Of a stretch of DNA of 64,000 bases, positions 1-10,190 are shown piece by piece; the first letter of the stretch is position 1, and every line of letters begins with the position of its first letter. The DNA is taken from positions 1,248,001-1,312,000 of the forward strand of contig OZ251219.1 in assembly GCA_965240465.1 (NCBI GenBank), in the 5' to 3' direction. The notes under the pieces were generated by a model. The model was not told where the DNA came from. It saw only the letters and a list, made by a program, of their open reading frames with translations, and did not search any database. The position numbers and the translations under genes were made by a program. This DNA is from a bacterium. Lineage in GTDB: Bacteria; SAR324; JACQKK01.

Positions 1-51
1 TCAGGTATCAGCCCCCCCCCCCAAGGTCAATCCTTAGCTGAAATACTGAAG

Positions 52-98
52 AGAAGCCAAGTAAAGAGCCAAGTAAAGAGCCATGTAAAGCCAGAGAA
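52..98. repeat. short degenerate 12-bp tandem repeat (agagccaagtaa) after lolA stop
   Basis: gccaagtaaa-gagccaagtaaa-gagccatgtaaa read directly. Confidence 0.7.
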
Positions 99-102
99 AT
101 CA

Positions 103-753
103 TTATTGACTAGGATTGATAGTGATGAGTTCCACCTCGGGTGGGGGAGTGAAGGTGAAGTAGTTTTTGGGAAATTTGGTACGCCTTTTCATTTTTGTGA
201 GTTTTAGAAGATGGATTTCGCCACCTGCAGTGGGTTGCAGGCGTAAAACCCGTAGCTGACCGTGCTTGAGTACTCCGACCTCAAATTCGCTAACGAGTGC
301 CAAGGGTTTCAGGGGTTTTAGACGCAGGAAGGCAAGTTTTCCTTTTCGGCGTTGCGAGATACAAGCAAATGTTTCTTGTAAGTTAGCAAGTTCCAGTAGG
401 AAGGTCAGCGGGGTTCCGCCAGTGAAGTTTGCTAGGGGTTGTGCCAGCACGCTTTTCAGCAAGGGATCGTAGAGCCAGACGGTTTTGTTGTCGGTGATTA
501 CCAGCTGGCGATGGGGCTTTTGATAATCCCAACGCATGCCTCGTTTTTGCTGATACCATATTCTGCCACTAGCGGTGCTGGAAGTGCTTTCATGATGCTG
601 TTGTTGTTCAAAGCGGGCTTCAAACCCTGACAGTTGTCGGTAATGACTTTCTATTCGGGCTAGCAAGTCTGTGTTACAGGGCAGAGCCCAAGCTGAGGTA
701 CTCAGGATTGTCATAATGGCGATTAATCCTATTCGGGTAATTAGCATTGGCAT
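103..753 (-). CDS. lolA: outer-membrane lipoprotein carrier protein LolA
   Basis: Signal peptide; F.Q..., SGRIWYQQKRGMRWDY, ITDNKTVWLYDP, C-terminal FTFTPP motifs typical of LolA. Confidence 0.85.
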   Translation of the reverse strand: MPMLITRIGLIAIMTILSTSAWALPCNTDLLARIESHYRQLSGFEARFEQQQHHESTSSTASGRIWYQQKRGMRWDYQKPHRQLVITDNKTVWLYDPLLKSVLAQPLANFTGGTPLTFLLELANLQETFACISQRRKGKLAFLRLKPLKPLALVSEFEVGVLKHGQLRVLRLQPTAGGEIHLLKLTKMKRRTKFPKNYFTFTPPPEVELITINPSQ

Positions 754-821
754 ATAGTGGTGCGGGTGGGATAGTTTAGGTATTATCGCTTAACCTATCA
801 CTTATTGCAGATCGCGGCTGG

Positions 822-1799
822 ATGGTTTTTAATTTTTTAGCCAGTTTTTTTTCGGGCGTGAGAGCGGTTTATCTGATAGCGGTCCTGTTATTGCTGACAC
901 CCTCACTAGCATTTGCTCAGCAGGGGATGATGGATGCTTGGTCTTGGGAGCGATTGGTAATTACTCTGTTGATATTTGCCTTTTTTTTAGGAGTGCTATC
1001 GGTTTTGGCTGGGGTAGGTGGGGCATTGATTTTTGTTCCTTTGATGACTTTATGGGCTCCTTTTTTACATGTGGATTTTATTCGGGCGACTGGTTTAATG
1101 ATGGCTCTGGTGGGAGCTTTGTTTGCGGGACCGCTCTTGATACGCCAGCGATTAGTCAATTTTCGGCTGGCAATTTTGATAGGAATGCTAAGTTCTACTG
1201 GGGCTATTTTCGGAGCGAAGATAGGATTGAGATTATCGGTACCTTTATTACAGCAGCTATTGGTGATGGTGATGCTAGTGGTAGTGTGTATGTATTTGGT
1301 ACGCATTTCTAGAGGAGCTAAGGCAGCTCGTCAGCTGAAAACAGAGGAGAATGTTAGTCGCTGGCAGGGTTGGCTGAGGTTGGAAGCTCAGCTTTATGAT
1401 TTTCCCAATCAACGCTGGTTAAGTTGGCAACCACGATTTTTATGGTTTTCGCTGGTGATGGTGGTGGGAGGAGGATTTCTTTCGGGCATGTTAGGGCTAG
1501 GAGGAGGATGGATTTATGTGCCGCTGTTAAATTTGGTGATGGGACTGCCATTGCGTTTTGCGGTAGCGACCAGTGGTTTTATCATTGCCATTGTGAACAC
1601 CGCGGCGGTGCCGATATACTTAAAACATGGGGCTTTGCAGCCATTGCTAAGTATCCCTTGTGTACTAGGAATGGTGTTGGGTGCGAGATTGGGGTCAAGA
1701 CTGTTGCGTGTTGCCGACCATTACTGGCTGCAGTGGCTAGTATTATTGGTATTGTGTTTTTCGGGATTTCGGATCTTATTGAGGAGCTTTGGCTGGTAA
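822..1799 (+). CDS. TSUP (TauE/SafE) family transporter
   Basis: Two GVGGALIFVP / GLGGGWIYVP repeats, AVATS motif, multiple TM helices. Confidence 0.85.
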   Translation: MVFNFLASFFSGVRAVYLIAVLLLLTPSLAFAQQGMMDAWSWERLVITLLIFAFFLGVLSVLAGVGGALIFVPLMTLWAPFLHVDFIRATGLMMALVGALFAGPLLIRQRLVNFRLAILIGMLSSTGAIFGAKIGLRLSVPLLQQLLVMVMLVVVCMYLVRISRGAKAARQLKTEENVSRWQGWLRLEAQLYDFPNQRWLSWQPRFLWFSLVMVVGGGFLSGMLGLGGGWIYVPLLNLVMGLPLRFAVATSGFIIAIVNTAAVPIYLKHGALQPLLSIPCVLGMVLGARLGSRLLRVADHYWLQWLVLLVLCFSGFRILLRSFGW

Positions 1800-1809
1800 G
1801 ATTACCTTG

Positions 1810-2187
1810 CCTCCTCGGTGCTTTCCATACTTTCTCAATAGCTCCCTCAATACTTTCTCGGTGCTTCCTCAATACTTTCCAATACTTTCTCAATGTTTCC
1901 TCAATGCTTTCTCGGTGCTTAATGCTCCCTCAATATACTTTCTCAATAGCTCCCTCAATGCTTAATGCTCGGTGCTTCCTCAATACTTTCATACTTTCTC
2001 AATAGCTCCCTCAATGCTTAATGCTCGGTGCTTCCTCAATACTTTCATACTTTCTCAATGCTCCCTCAATATACTTTCTCAATGTTTCCTCAATGCTTAA
2101 TGCTCGGTGCTTCCTCAATACTTTCATACTTTCTCAATGCTCCCTCAATATACTTTCTCAATGCTTAATGCTCTCGGTGCTTCCTCA
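1810..2187. repeat. complex modular intergenic repeat built from ctcaat / actttc / gctcggtgcttc / gctccc / gcttaat words
   Basis: Same few words recur in varying order over ~380 bp. Confidence 0.9.
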
Positions 2188-2192
2188 AAAGG

Positions 2193-2594
2193 ATGGTTAT
2201 GAAATCAAGAACTAGCGATGACTCACAACGCCAGCCATTGATAAAGTCCGAAGTGGGTTTGGATGCTTCATTTGCTCGGGTGTTGCGATTTTCCGTTTGG
2301 GGAACCTTGGGTTTTGCGATAATAAGTTTCGGGTTGTACCTAGCGGAATTTTCGGTAGTTCACTTGCCCTTGGAGCAGGTGATAGAGGGTTTGGCTCATA
2401 GGGATGGCGTAAAGCACCTCAATGGTGAGGGCGGCGACGATATTCTTGGTCTAACATCCTTGAGATTATTGAGTATGACCCTCTGGCTACCATATTTATT
2501 ATTGGTAGTGTTTTTTTATCGGCGAGGTGATTGGCTGTACTTGTTTTTATCCTTGTTACAGCTGGGAGTATTTGGTTTATCTTCTTTTATATAA
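2193..2594 (+). CDS. small membrane protein, DUF1634-like (usual TSUP partner)
   Basis: 3 TM segments, C-terminal RRGDWLY..LSLL motif, downstream of TSUP gene. Confidence 0.6.
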   Translation: MVMKSRTSDDSQRQPLIKSEVGLDASFARVLRFSVWGTLGFAIISFGLYLAEFSVVHLPLEQVIEGLAHRDGVKHLNGEGGDDILGLTSLRLLSMTLWLPYLLLVVFFYRRGDWLYLFLSLLQLGVFGLSSFI

Positions 2595-2654
2595 GCGATA
2601 GAAGCGAACGATTATTGAAAAGTAGTCTTGCTCCCCGTGAGATGAACGCCCAAT

Positions 2655-3761
2655 TTAAGAATGTTTCTCATAAGAATGTTTCTTGGCAAAATGTTCCAAA
2701 AATTCAGCCAAAGCATGTACTCCCTCCATGGACATTCCATTGTAAATGGAAGCCCGTAGGCCTCCAACAGCAGGATGCCCCTTGAGAAAATGTAATCGGT
2801 GCTGGCTGGCTGTGGTGATAAATTCCTCACGCAAAGATTCATCACGCAGGTAAAATGTAACATTCATCAAAGAGCGATCAATAGGGCGAGCATTAGTCCG
2901 ATAGCACGACTCGCACCGATCTAATATCTGATAAAGCACCTTGCTTCTCTCAATACTGAGACGCTGCATTTCTTTAACACCACCCATTTTTTTCAGCCAT
3001 TTCAATATCAAGTTTGCTACATAAATGGCAAAAGTATTGGGAGTGTTGAGCAAGGGATTCTCTACAAGATTGGTGTAGTTCAGAAGCAAGGGAGTCTTAG
3101 GAAGGACTTTTCCCAGCAGATCATCGCGGATGATCACAATGGATAAACCCGAAGCTCCCAAGTTCTTTTGAGCTCCCGCGTAAATCAGCCCAAATTTGCT
3201 GACATCAAAGGGATAGCTACAGATGTCTGAGGTCATATCTGCCACTAAGGGCGTTTTAAGGCGAGGAAATTCCTTCCACTGAGTACCAACTATGGTGTTA
3301 TTACTAGTTAGGTGAATATAACTAGTTTCACGGTCATCAACCTCCTCCCAATTGACAGTCGGCAGGTGGTCGTACTTAGTGTCCTTGCTGCTGGCAGGGA
3401 TGTCCACCTGACCAAACAATCGGGCTTCCTCAATTGCTCTGGTGGAAAACACGCCACTCTCTATGTACTTAGACTTATGCTGAGGACGATAATCCAGCAA
3501 ATTCAAAGGAACAGCAGAAAACTGCATCTGTCCGCCTCCATGGACAAAAAGTACTTGGTAATCGGCTGGGATGTTGAGTATCTCACGCAACAGAACCGCG
3601 GTATCCTCCAGCAATAACTTGAAGTCCTTACCATGGTGGCTAATCTCAATCAAAGATGCCCCTAGCCCCTGATAACTTAAAAACTCATCTTTTACCTGCT
3701 GCATCACAGGCAAAGGAATGGTTGCGGGACCAGCACAAAAATTAAAAAAACGCTCGCTCAT
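2655..3761 (-). CDS. serC: phosphoserine aminotransferase
   Basis: FNFCAGPA, EISH, YAGAQKNLG (PLP Lys), GGLRASIYN. Confidence 0.95.
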   Translation of the reverse strand: MSERFFNFCAGPATIPLPVMQQVKDEFLSYQGLGASLIEISHHGKDFKLLLEDTAVLLREILNIPADYQVLFVHGGGQMQFSAVPLNLLDYRPQHKSKYIESGVFSTRAIEEARLFGQVDIPASSKDTKYDHLPTVNWEEVDDRETSYIHLTSNNTIVGTQWKEFPRLKTPLVADMTSDICSYPFDVSKFGLIYAGAQKNLGASGLSIVIIRDDLLGKVLPKTPLLLNYTNLVENPLLNTPNTFAIYVANLILKWLKKMGGVKEMQRLSIERSKVLYQILDRCESCYRTNARPIDRSLMNVTFYLRDESLREEFITTASQHRLHFLKGHPAVGGLRASIYNGMSMEGVHALAEFLEHFAKKHSYEKHS

Positions 3762-3956
3762 AGAAAGTCAGTTAAAAAATTATCACCTCACAAAAACCAA
3801 ATGAAAAATAGCTCCATTGATGGTAAATGCAACTGCATAAAATGGCAAACATAAGATGGATAGTACGCATGGTAATACAGTTGCAAATGTTTATCCGCTA
3901 CACTAAACTGAACATCGGTGGTTGTGGTGAACTTAAGACTGCGGGGTAAAGCAAAA

Positions 3957-5492
3957 ATGACTCTTGAAAAAAATATTTCTCCACCCGCATCAAGCGATCT
4001 TAAGCAGTCTCGTCAGCAAAAACTAACCGCCTTGCGTTCGCTGGGAGTTCAGCCATATGCTCATCGGTTTCAGGTTTCTCATAGGGTGGAAGTTCTTCAG
4101 CGGGCAGGGGACTTGTTGAAAAGCGGACAAAGCATCACTATTGCGGGTCGTTTGGTTACCTCTCGCGATATGGGCAAAGCTGCATTTGCACACCTAAAGG
4201 ATGGTCTCTATCGGATGCAATTTTACATCCGTAGCGATGCTGTCTCGCCCCGTGATTTTCAGGTATTTCAGCTTGCCGACCTCGGTGATTACATCGGGCT
4301 GGAAGGCAGCCTCATGCGTACTCGGACTGGAGAGATCACCCTGCGAGTCACTCGCTTCACCATGCTGACAAAATCGGTCCGCCCCTTGCCGATCGCTAAG
4401 GTAGAAGAGCGAAAAGGAGAGCAAATAGTGCATGATGCTTTCAGCGATGTGGAACTCCGTTACCGACATCGCACGGCAGACCTGGCCACCAATGATTCCT
4501 CTGTTAAGGTATTTTTGCAGCGTTCAGAGATTATCCAAATACTACGCGGCTATTTGCTGGAGCAAGGTTTTTTAGAAGTGGAAACTCCAGTGCTACAAAA
4601 CATTTATGGCGGAGCAGCCGCGGCACCATTTACCACTCATCACAATAGCCTAGACCTTAAAATGTATCTTAGAATTGCCACCGAGCTTTATCTAAAGCGG
4701 TTGGTGGCTGGTGGTCTAGATAGAGTATTTGAGATCGGCAAGGTGTTTCGCAATGAAGGAATTGATAGCTCACACAATCCTGAGTTCACCATGGTGGAAT
4801 TTTATCAAGCCTACGCCGACTATAAGGACATGATGGAGCATGTGGAAAATATTTTTGTCCGCTGTGCCCAAGCCATTTGCGGAAAAAAAACTATTCCCTT
4901 TAGAGGGCATGAAATAGACTTAACTCCTCCTTGGAAACGCATGACCATGCTGGAGGCGGTCTCTAAATTAGGAAAAATTGATTTTGCATCTCTGGACGAT
5001 AAAGCCGTTGAAGCCTTACTATTAGATCGTGGTTGGAATCTGCCCTTAGGTTATCAGCGTGGCTTAGCTTTGGCGAAGCTATTTGAAGAGCTATGCGAAT
5101 CTCAACTGATTCAGCCTACTTTTATCACCGATTTCCCTGCTGAAACTACTCCATTATGTAAGCGTCATCGTCAGTTTCCCGAACTGGCGGAACGCTTTGA
5201 GCCTTTCATAGGCGGTTGGGAAATGGGTAATTCTTACTCCGAACTAACTGAGCCCGCCCTGCAGCGTCAGTTGTTGGAAGAACAAGCAAATAGGCTACAG
5301 CGTGGCGATGCCGAAGCACATCCCTTAGATGATGACTTCTTGTGTGCTATGGAATATGGCATGCCTCCTATGGGAGGAACAGGTCTGGGCGTAGACCGCC
5401 TAGTTATGCTGATCACGGGACAGCCATCCATTCGCGATGTGCTTTTTTTCCCCATTATGCGTCCGCAAAAAAAGGGCGATACTTCTCGATAG
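3957..5492 (+). CDS. lysS: lysyl-tRNA synthetase, class II
   Basis: OB-fold N-terminus, YLRIATELYLKRL, FRNEG, GMPPMGGTGLGVDRL; start moved to ATG 3957. Confidence 0.97.
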   Translation: MTLEKNISPPASSDLKQSRQQKLTALRSLGVQPYAHRFQVSHRVEVLQRAGDLLKSGQSITIAGRLVTSRDMGKAAFAHLKDGLYRMQFYIRSDAVSPRDFQVFQLADLGDYIGLEGSLMRTRTGEITLRVTRFTMLTKSVRPLPIAKVEERKGEQIVHDAFSDVELRYRHRTADLATNDSSVKVFLQRSEIIQILRGYLLEQGFLEVETPVLQNIYGGAAAAPFTTHHNSLDLKMYLRIATELYLKRLVAGGLDRVFEIGKVFRNEGIDSSHNPEFTMVEFYQAYADYKDMMEHVENIFVRCAQAICGKKTIPFRGHEIDLTPPWKRMTMLEAVSKLGKIDFASLDDKAVEALLLDRGWNLPLGYQRGLALAKLFEELCESQLIQPTFITDFPAETTPLCKRHRQFPELAERFEPFIGGWEMGNSYSELTEPALQRQLLEEQANRLQRGDAEAHPLDDDFLCAMEYGMPPMGGTGLGVDRLVMLITGQPSIRDVLFFPIMRPQKKGDTSR

Positions 5493-5513
5493 GACTCCGC
5501 TAAGAGAAAGCCC

Positions 5514-5695
5514 TGCTGAGAGTGCTTGCTGAGAGTGCTTGCTGAGAGTGCTTGCTGGGATGCTCTTGCTGAGAGTGCTTGCTGGGATGCTCTTGCTGAG
5601 AGTGCTTGCTGGGATGCTCTTGCTGAGAGTGCTTGCTGGGATGCTCTTGCTGAGAGTGCTTGCTGGGAGCTCTTGCTGGGATGCTCTTGCTGAGA
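5514..5695. repeat. tandem array of alternating 13/14-bp units (27-bp period tgctgagagtgct-tgctgggatgctct)
   Basis: Read directly between convergent lysS and the next gene. Confidence 0.95.
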
Positions 5696-5717
5696 CACCC
5701 TGCCTCTCAGATAGTGC

Positions 5718-6338
5718 TTAGTACAAACGATAGACGCCACGGGGGTCTATTTTTTCAAATTGTTCCCAACGACTTTGGCAGAGCATCAGGTTAAACATTA
5801 GCTCCGTGCTGGAATTGGATTGGCGACGCTGGGCTTGAGTGCGTTTTTTTATCAGGGATTCTACTTCTGCTGGGTGGATTATCATATAGTTAGAGAAGTA
5901 CATAATTCCGCGGTGATTTATCAGGCGGGTTTGTAGGACGCTATTTACATCTAGGAAGGCGGTTTGATCAGTAGCCAGTACTTTGTATTTATAGCCTTCA
6001 ACCATGTCTTTCAGCAGTATTTCTTTGGAGCTGTTGCGTATCAGCTGAAACACGGAATGGATATTTTCTGTCAGTTCTTGATATCCTGTTTTTTGTTCGG
6101 GAGTGAGCTTGTTGCTTTTACGTTCTAGATAACAAGCTATAGGGGTCTGCCCGTTAAAAAGAGAGCGGTCTAAAACAAACCAATTGAGAAAAGCATTACA
6201 GCGAATCCCAAAAGAAGGTGCTTCTGGACGCATCGTACCTGCGCGTTCAAATTCCTCTCTGGCAGTGCCTACTTCTGCAGCACAGATGGGTAATTTGGTA
6301 ACTTCCTCCAGCAAGGGAGCAATGTAAGGGCTTTCCAT
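5718..6338 (-). CDS. conserved hypothetical protein
   Basis: 206-aa ORF with globular composition (FLNWFVLDR..GQTP). Confidence 0.65.
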   Translation of the reverse strand: MESPYIAPLLEEVTKLPICAAEVGTAREEFERAGTMRPEAPSFGIRCNAFLNWFVLDRSLFNGQTPIACYLERKSNKLTPEQKTGYQELTENIHSVFQLIRNSSKEILLKDMVEGYKYKVLATDQTAFLDVNSVLQTRLINHRGIMYFSNYMIIHPAEVESLIKKRTQAQRRQSNSSTELMFNLMLCQSRWEQFEKIDPRGVYRLY

Positions 6339-6476
6339 TAAATTAATCCTATCTCATCAATTTTTATCAGTCACCTTCGGCATCGCTTTTATTCTTAGAA
6401 CGCCTGCTCCCAGCTGGCATTGTATTCCTCTTGATTGACGCTTGGCAACCAACTTCCGTAGCTATTATAACACTAA

Positions 6477-6618
6477 CAGCCCCTACTCTCCCCTTTTTCT
6501 TCCAGCCCCCTACTCTCCCCTTTTTCTTCCAGCCCCCTACTCTCCCCTTTTTCTTCCAGCCCCCTACTCTCCCCTTTTTCTTCCAGCCCCTACTCTCCCC
6601 CTTTTTCTTCCAGCCAGC
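6477..6618. repeat. 27-bp tandem repeat x5 abutting pnp stop
   Basis: cagccccctactctcccctttttcttc units. Confidence 0.95.
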
Positions 6619-8691
6619 CTATTCTTGATAGCGAGTAAGTTTCAGCTTGCCCCTTTTATCGGTGCCAGATACGCGTACGCTGACGATATCTCCTTCCCGC
6701 ATGAAGTCTTCCACTCGTTCTACTCTTCCTTCTGCCATTTGTGAGATGTGTAGTAGGCCATCGGTACCGGGCAGTAGTTCTATGAATGCTCCAAAATCGG
6801 TCACTTTTTTTACGGGTCCTTTGTAGACGGCCCCGATTTCCACTTCTGCGGTGATATTTTCCACCATTTTCAGTGCTTCTCTAGCTGCTTCGGGGTTTTC
6901 GGAGTGAATTTGAACTGTGCCATCATCTTGTACGTCTACTTTGGCACCTGTTTTTTCAATTATGCTCTTAATGGTTTTTCCGCTGGGGCCGATAAGTTCT
7001 CCGATGCGTCCTGGCTTGATGCGATGTACCAGCATGACGGGGGCATAGGGAGATAGTTCTTTTTTGGATGAAGTGATGGTTTTTTCCATTTCATCCAGAA
7101 TGTTAATACGACCGTCAAGGGCTTGTTTCAGTGCTTGAGCGAGAATATTTTTATCAATTCCGCTGACCTTGATATCCATTTGCAAGGCGGTGATCCCCTC
7201 ACGGGTGCCTGCGACTTTAAAATCCATGTCGCCCAGATGGTCTTCATCTCCCAAGATATCGGAGAGGATGACGGTGATTGTTCCTTCTTTAATCAAGCCC
7301 ATGGCGATACCTGCGGCGTGTTTAGAGATGGGTACTCCAGCATCCATCAGTGCCAGAGAGGCTCCACAGACAGAAGCCATAGAGGAAGAGCCATTGGATT
7401 CCAGAATTTCGGAAGTAATTCTGATAGTGTAGGGAAATTTTTCCTTACTGGGTAATAGTGGTTTGATGCCTTTTTGAGCCAGCATGCCATGCCCGATTTC
7501 TCTTCGTCCTGGGCCTCGCAAGAAGGAGGCTTCCCCGACACAAAAGGGAGGAAAATTGTAGTGAAAAAGAAAATCTTTGAAGCTGACACCATGGAGGTTG
7601 TCAATCAATTGTTGGTCTGAGCGGGCTCCCAGAGTGACGTTGACCAGGGCTTGTGTTTCTCCGCGGGTGAAAAGGGCAGAGCCATGGCAACGCGGCAGCA
7701 AGCCAATTTCGCTATTAATTTCTCTGATATCGGTCTGTGAGCGTCCATCCACCCGAGTGCCTTGGGAGGTGATTTGCTCTCTCATCAGGCGTTTTTTCAG
7801 GTTGCCAAAGATTTTTTCTACCTCTTTTTTGCGAGGTTCTTCATCGGATTGTGGATCATAAAATTTCTCCAGAGCCTGCTTTGACAGGGCATTCAAGGAG
7901 CCATAGCGAGCAAGTTTCTCTTTTTCGCTTAGGCTCTTAAGCAATGGTTCTGAAAACTGAGCTTCCATATTTTTTGCCAAAGCTTCATCAGTTTTGACCT
8001 CAGGTAAAGCACGCTTAGACAAACCAACTTTCTTTTGCAATTCTTCCTGAAGCTCAATCACTGGCAAAAGCTGTTGCTGAGCGAACAAAATAGATTCCAA
8101 AGCCAAATCCTCAGATATCTCATTAGCTTCCCCTTCCACCATCAATAGGCCTTCCTTGGAGCAAGTGACGAATATATCCAGCTCACTTTCAGCCAGCTGA
8201 TCAGGGGTAGGATTAACAATCAGCTTGCCGTCAATTCTGCCTACTCGCATGCCAGCAATGGGTCCTGCAAAAGGGATGTCAGATATGCTCAAGGCGACTG
8301 AAGTACCAATCATGGCTGCTACTCCAGCCTCATTTTTCTTATCGTAGCTAAGCACCGTGGCGATGATTTGGGTCTCATACTGAAATTCTGTGGGGAACAG
8401 CGGACGAATGGAGCGATCAATAAAGCGTGATATTAGGGTTTCATTATCCGAAAGGCGTCCTTCTCGGCGTAAGAACCCGCCAGGGATGCGACCAGCAGCA
8501 TAATGTTTCTCCACATAATGCACCGAAAGCGGAAAGAAGGGTAAGTCTTTAGACTCTTTTTCCGCTACCGCAGTGACAAGTACTACCGTTTCGCCATAAC
8601 GCACTAAGGCGGAACCAGATGCCTGACGAGCAATTCGTCCAACTTCAATTTTTAGGGGATTACCACCCAATTCAGTGGAAACAATTTCCAT
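6619..8691 (-). CDS. pnp: polyribonucleotide nucleotidyltransferase
   Basis: RNase PH domains (IPGGFLRREG, ESNGSSSMAS, DHLGDMDFKVAG), KH and S1 domains. Confidence 0.98.
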   Translation of the reverse strand: MEIVSTELGGNPLKIEVGRIARQASGSALVRYGETVVLVTAVAEKESKDLPFFPLSVHYVEKHYAAGRIPGGFLRREGRLSDNETLISRFIDRSIRPLFPTEFQYETQIIATVLSYDKKNEAGVAAMIGTSVALSISDIPFAGPIAGMRVGRIDGKLIVNPTPDQLAESELDIFVTCSKEGLLMVEGEANEISEDLALESILFAQQQLLPVIELQEELQKKVGLSKRALPEVKTDEALAKNMEAQFSEPLLKSLSEKEKLARYGSLNALSKQALEKFYDPQSDEEPRKKEVEKIFGNLKKRLMREQITSQGTRVDGRSQTDIREINSEIGLLPRCHGSALFTRGETQALVNVTLGARSDQQLIDNLHGVSFKDFLFHYNFPPFCVGEASFLRGPGRREIGHGMLAQKGIKPLLPSKEKFPYTIRITSEILESNGSSSMASVCGASLALMDAGVPISKHAAGIAMGLIKEGTITVILSDILGDEDHLGDMDFKVAGTREGITALQMDIKVSGIDKNILAQALKQALDGRINILDEMEKTITSSKKELSPYAPVMLVHRIKPGRIGELIGPSGKTIKSIIEKTGAKVDVQDDGTVQIHSENPEAAREALKMVENITAEVEIGAVYKGPVKKVTDFGAFIELLPGTDGLLHISQMAEGRVERVEDFMREGDIVSVRVSGTDKRGKLKLTRYQE

Positions 8692-8697
8692 ATATAG

Positions 8698-8964
8698 CTA
8701 CCTACGCAACTGCAATTCAGTTATCAACTTTTGGTATCGTTGATAATTCTTGCGACCGAGATAATTCAACAATCGCCGGCGTTTGCTAACCATCTTAAGT
8801 AGCCCTCGTCGTGAATGATGATCCTTTAAATGAGCTTTGAAATGTCCAGTCAGCTCTTTTATCCGAGTAGATAACAAAGCTACCTGTACCTCCGAAGTGC
8901 CAGTATCTCCCGCATTCTTGCCAAATTTCTTAATGATTTCTTTTGTCTTTTCAGGGTCTAACAT
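8698..8964 (-). CDS. rpsO: 30S ribosomal protein S15
   Basis: [25 protein letters not shown]. Confidence 0.98.
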   Translation of the reverse strand: MLDPEKTKEIIKKFGKNAGDTGTSEVQVALLSTRIKELTGHFKAHLKDHHSRRGLLKMVSKRRRLLNYLGRKNYQRYQKLITELQLRR

Positions 8965-9122
8965 GCAAATCTGCTTAGGGGGAACATTTCTTCTCTACTC
9001 TAGAAGACCACCCTACCTACCTTTTCATGACTTGTCAAGCATATTAAAGTAAAAAAAATGCTAATTCACTTATTATAATAATTGTATAACTAATCTAGTT
9101 CAAATTCTTTGATATCTGGTGC

Positions 9123-10040
9123 CTAGGATCTCTCAGCAAATTCAGGCTGATAGCACTCAATTCCCACTACTTCATTATCACGCGAGCGTACTACTCCTTC
9201 GCACTTTTTAGCAGATATACAAATCCTACCAGGGAAATAAAATCTTAACTCACCCGCTGGTGCTGTATCAGGTACGCGACATATCATTGCAGTAGGGGTT
9301 AGCATTGGGCAGGTAATAGTTTGTTTCTTAGAATCATAGTGGCTCTTCAGATAATAATCGGGGACCACAATAAACTTAGTCCCCATAAACTTCTCATCTA
9401 TATTATCACCAATTATTAGATTGAAGGATGGATAACGCTTGTTGATGGATTTTTGTAGATTGCTACGCTGATGATCAGTAATTATCACATACCTCCCATT
9501 TATCAAACTTATCTGTGAAATTTGGGAAGTGGCTAGCTCGAGCTTATCAAAATTAAGAGGTTCGGCATCTCCAGTTCCGCTAGGGTTTGCCGAGGTTGCA
9601 TTTATGGGAATGATATTTTCCTTTGGAAATGGAATATCCTCATCTATCCCCACACGTGCATCTCCTAAAATTGCAGGTATTCTAACTGAAATATCCATCT
9701 CCTCTTCTATAGCCTGATTCAGACAATCAACAATCTTGGGATGTTTTTTTGTATCAGGCACACCAGTGGCTAATGAAACGTTTACGCAACATTGTAGGGT
9801 TATGTGACGGTTTATCCGTGTAACAACAATGTTACAATGATCGGTTTTAGATTCCCTTGTATAACTGTAATCATTGATTTGTTCAAAAACATTCTCCACC
9901 ACTTCTACATTGCCAAACAACAGCTTGGCAACTGGAGATTTATCCCCACGGGGTAAGCCTTGGAACTTAGCATTAAGGGCTTGCTCTGCTGCTGCTTTTA
10001 CTTCTTCATCAGTTAGTTTATTATGATCTATTTCTGTCAT
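9123..10040 (-). CDS. divergent phage major capsid-like protein (BPP-1 Bbp17-like family), stand-alone
   Basis: Colinear motifs FEQI, AIEEEMD..IPAILGDARVG, FP..IIPIN, LNFDKLELA, YVIITDHQ..NL, FMGTKFI, GVVRSRDNEVVGIEC match my recollection of the family; AGGAGG SD before ATG 10040. Confidence 0.7.
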   Translation of the reverse strand: MTEIDHNKLTDEEVKAAAEQALNAKFQGLPRGDKSPVAKLLFGNVEVVENVFEQINDYSYTRESKTDHCNIVVTRINRHITLQCCVNVSLATGVPDTKKHPKIVDCLNQAIEEEMDISVRIPAILGDARVGIDEDIPFPKENIIPINATSANPSGTGDAEPLNFDKLELATSQISQISLINGRYVIITDHQRSNLQKSINKRYPSFNLIIGDNIDEKFMGTKFIVVPDYYLKSHYDSKKQTITCPMLTPTAMICRVPDTAPAGELRFYFPGRICISAKKCEGVVRSRDNEVVGIECYQPEFAERS

Positions 10041-10126
10041 TTTACCTCCTTGTAAAAATAAAAACATCCGTGTCCGCCCTCTCAAATAGAGTGGGTTTTC
10101 ATTATTTGCCAGTTTCCTTTGCCGCG

Positions 10127-10156
10127 AGGATATAACACACTAAAAGCCCATGTCAA
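10127..10156 (-). promoter_or_regulatory. sigma70-like promoter for the capsid-like gene
   Basis: TTGACA (10156-10151)-18 nt-TATCCT on minus strand. Confidence 0.55.
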
Positions 10157-10190
10157 CACTTTCTTAAAAAAAATACCCCCCCCTCCTTCC

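Noticed and set aside
1424-2215. ORFs running through the 1810-2187 repeat
   Set aside because: Overlap the TSUP gene out of frame or are pure repeat translation.
5514-6618. 27-bp arrays as CRISPR arrays
   Set aside because: Units are head-to-tail with no unique spacers; no cas genes in the window.
9123-10085. Intact prophage, or a family 1/2 encapsulin
   Set aside because: No other phage genes or att sites nearby; motifs resemble the BPP-1-type capsid, and there is no adjacent cargo gene.
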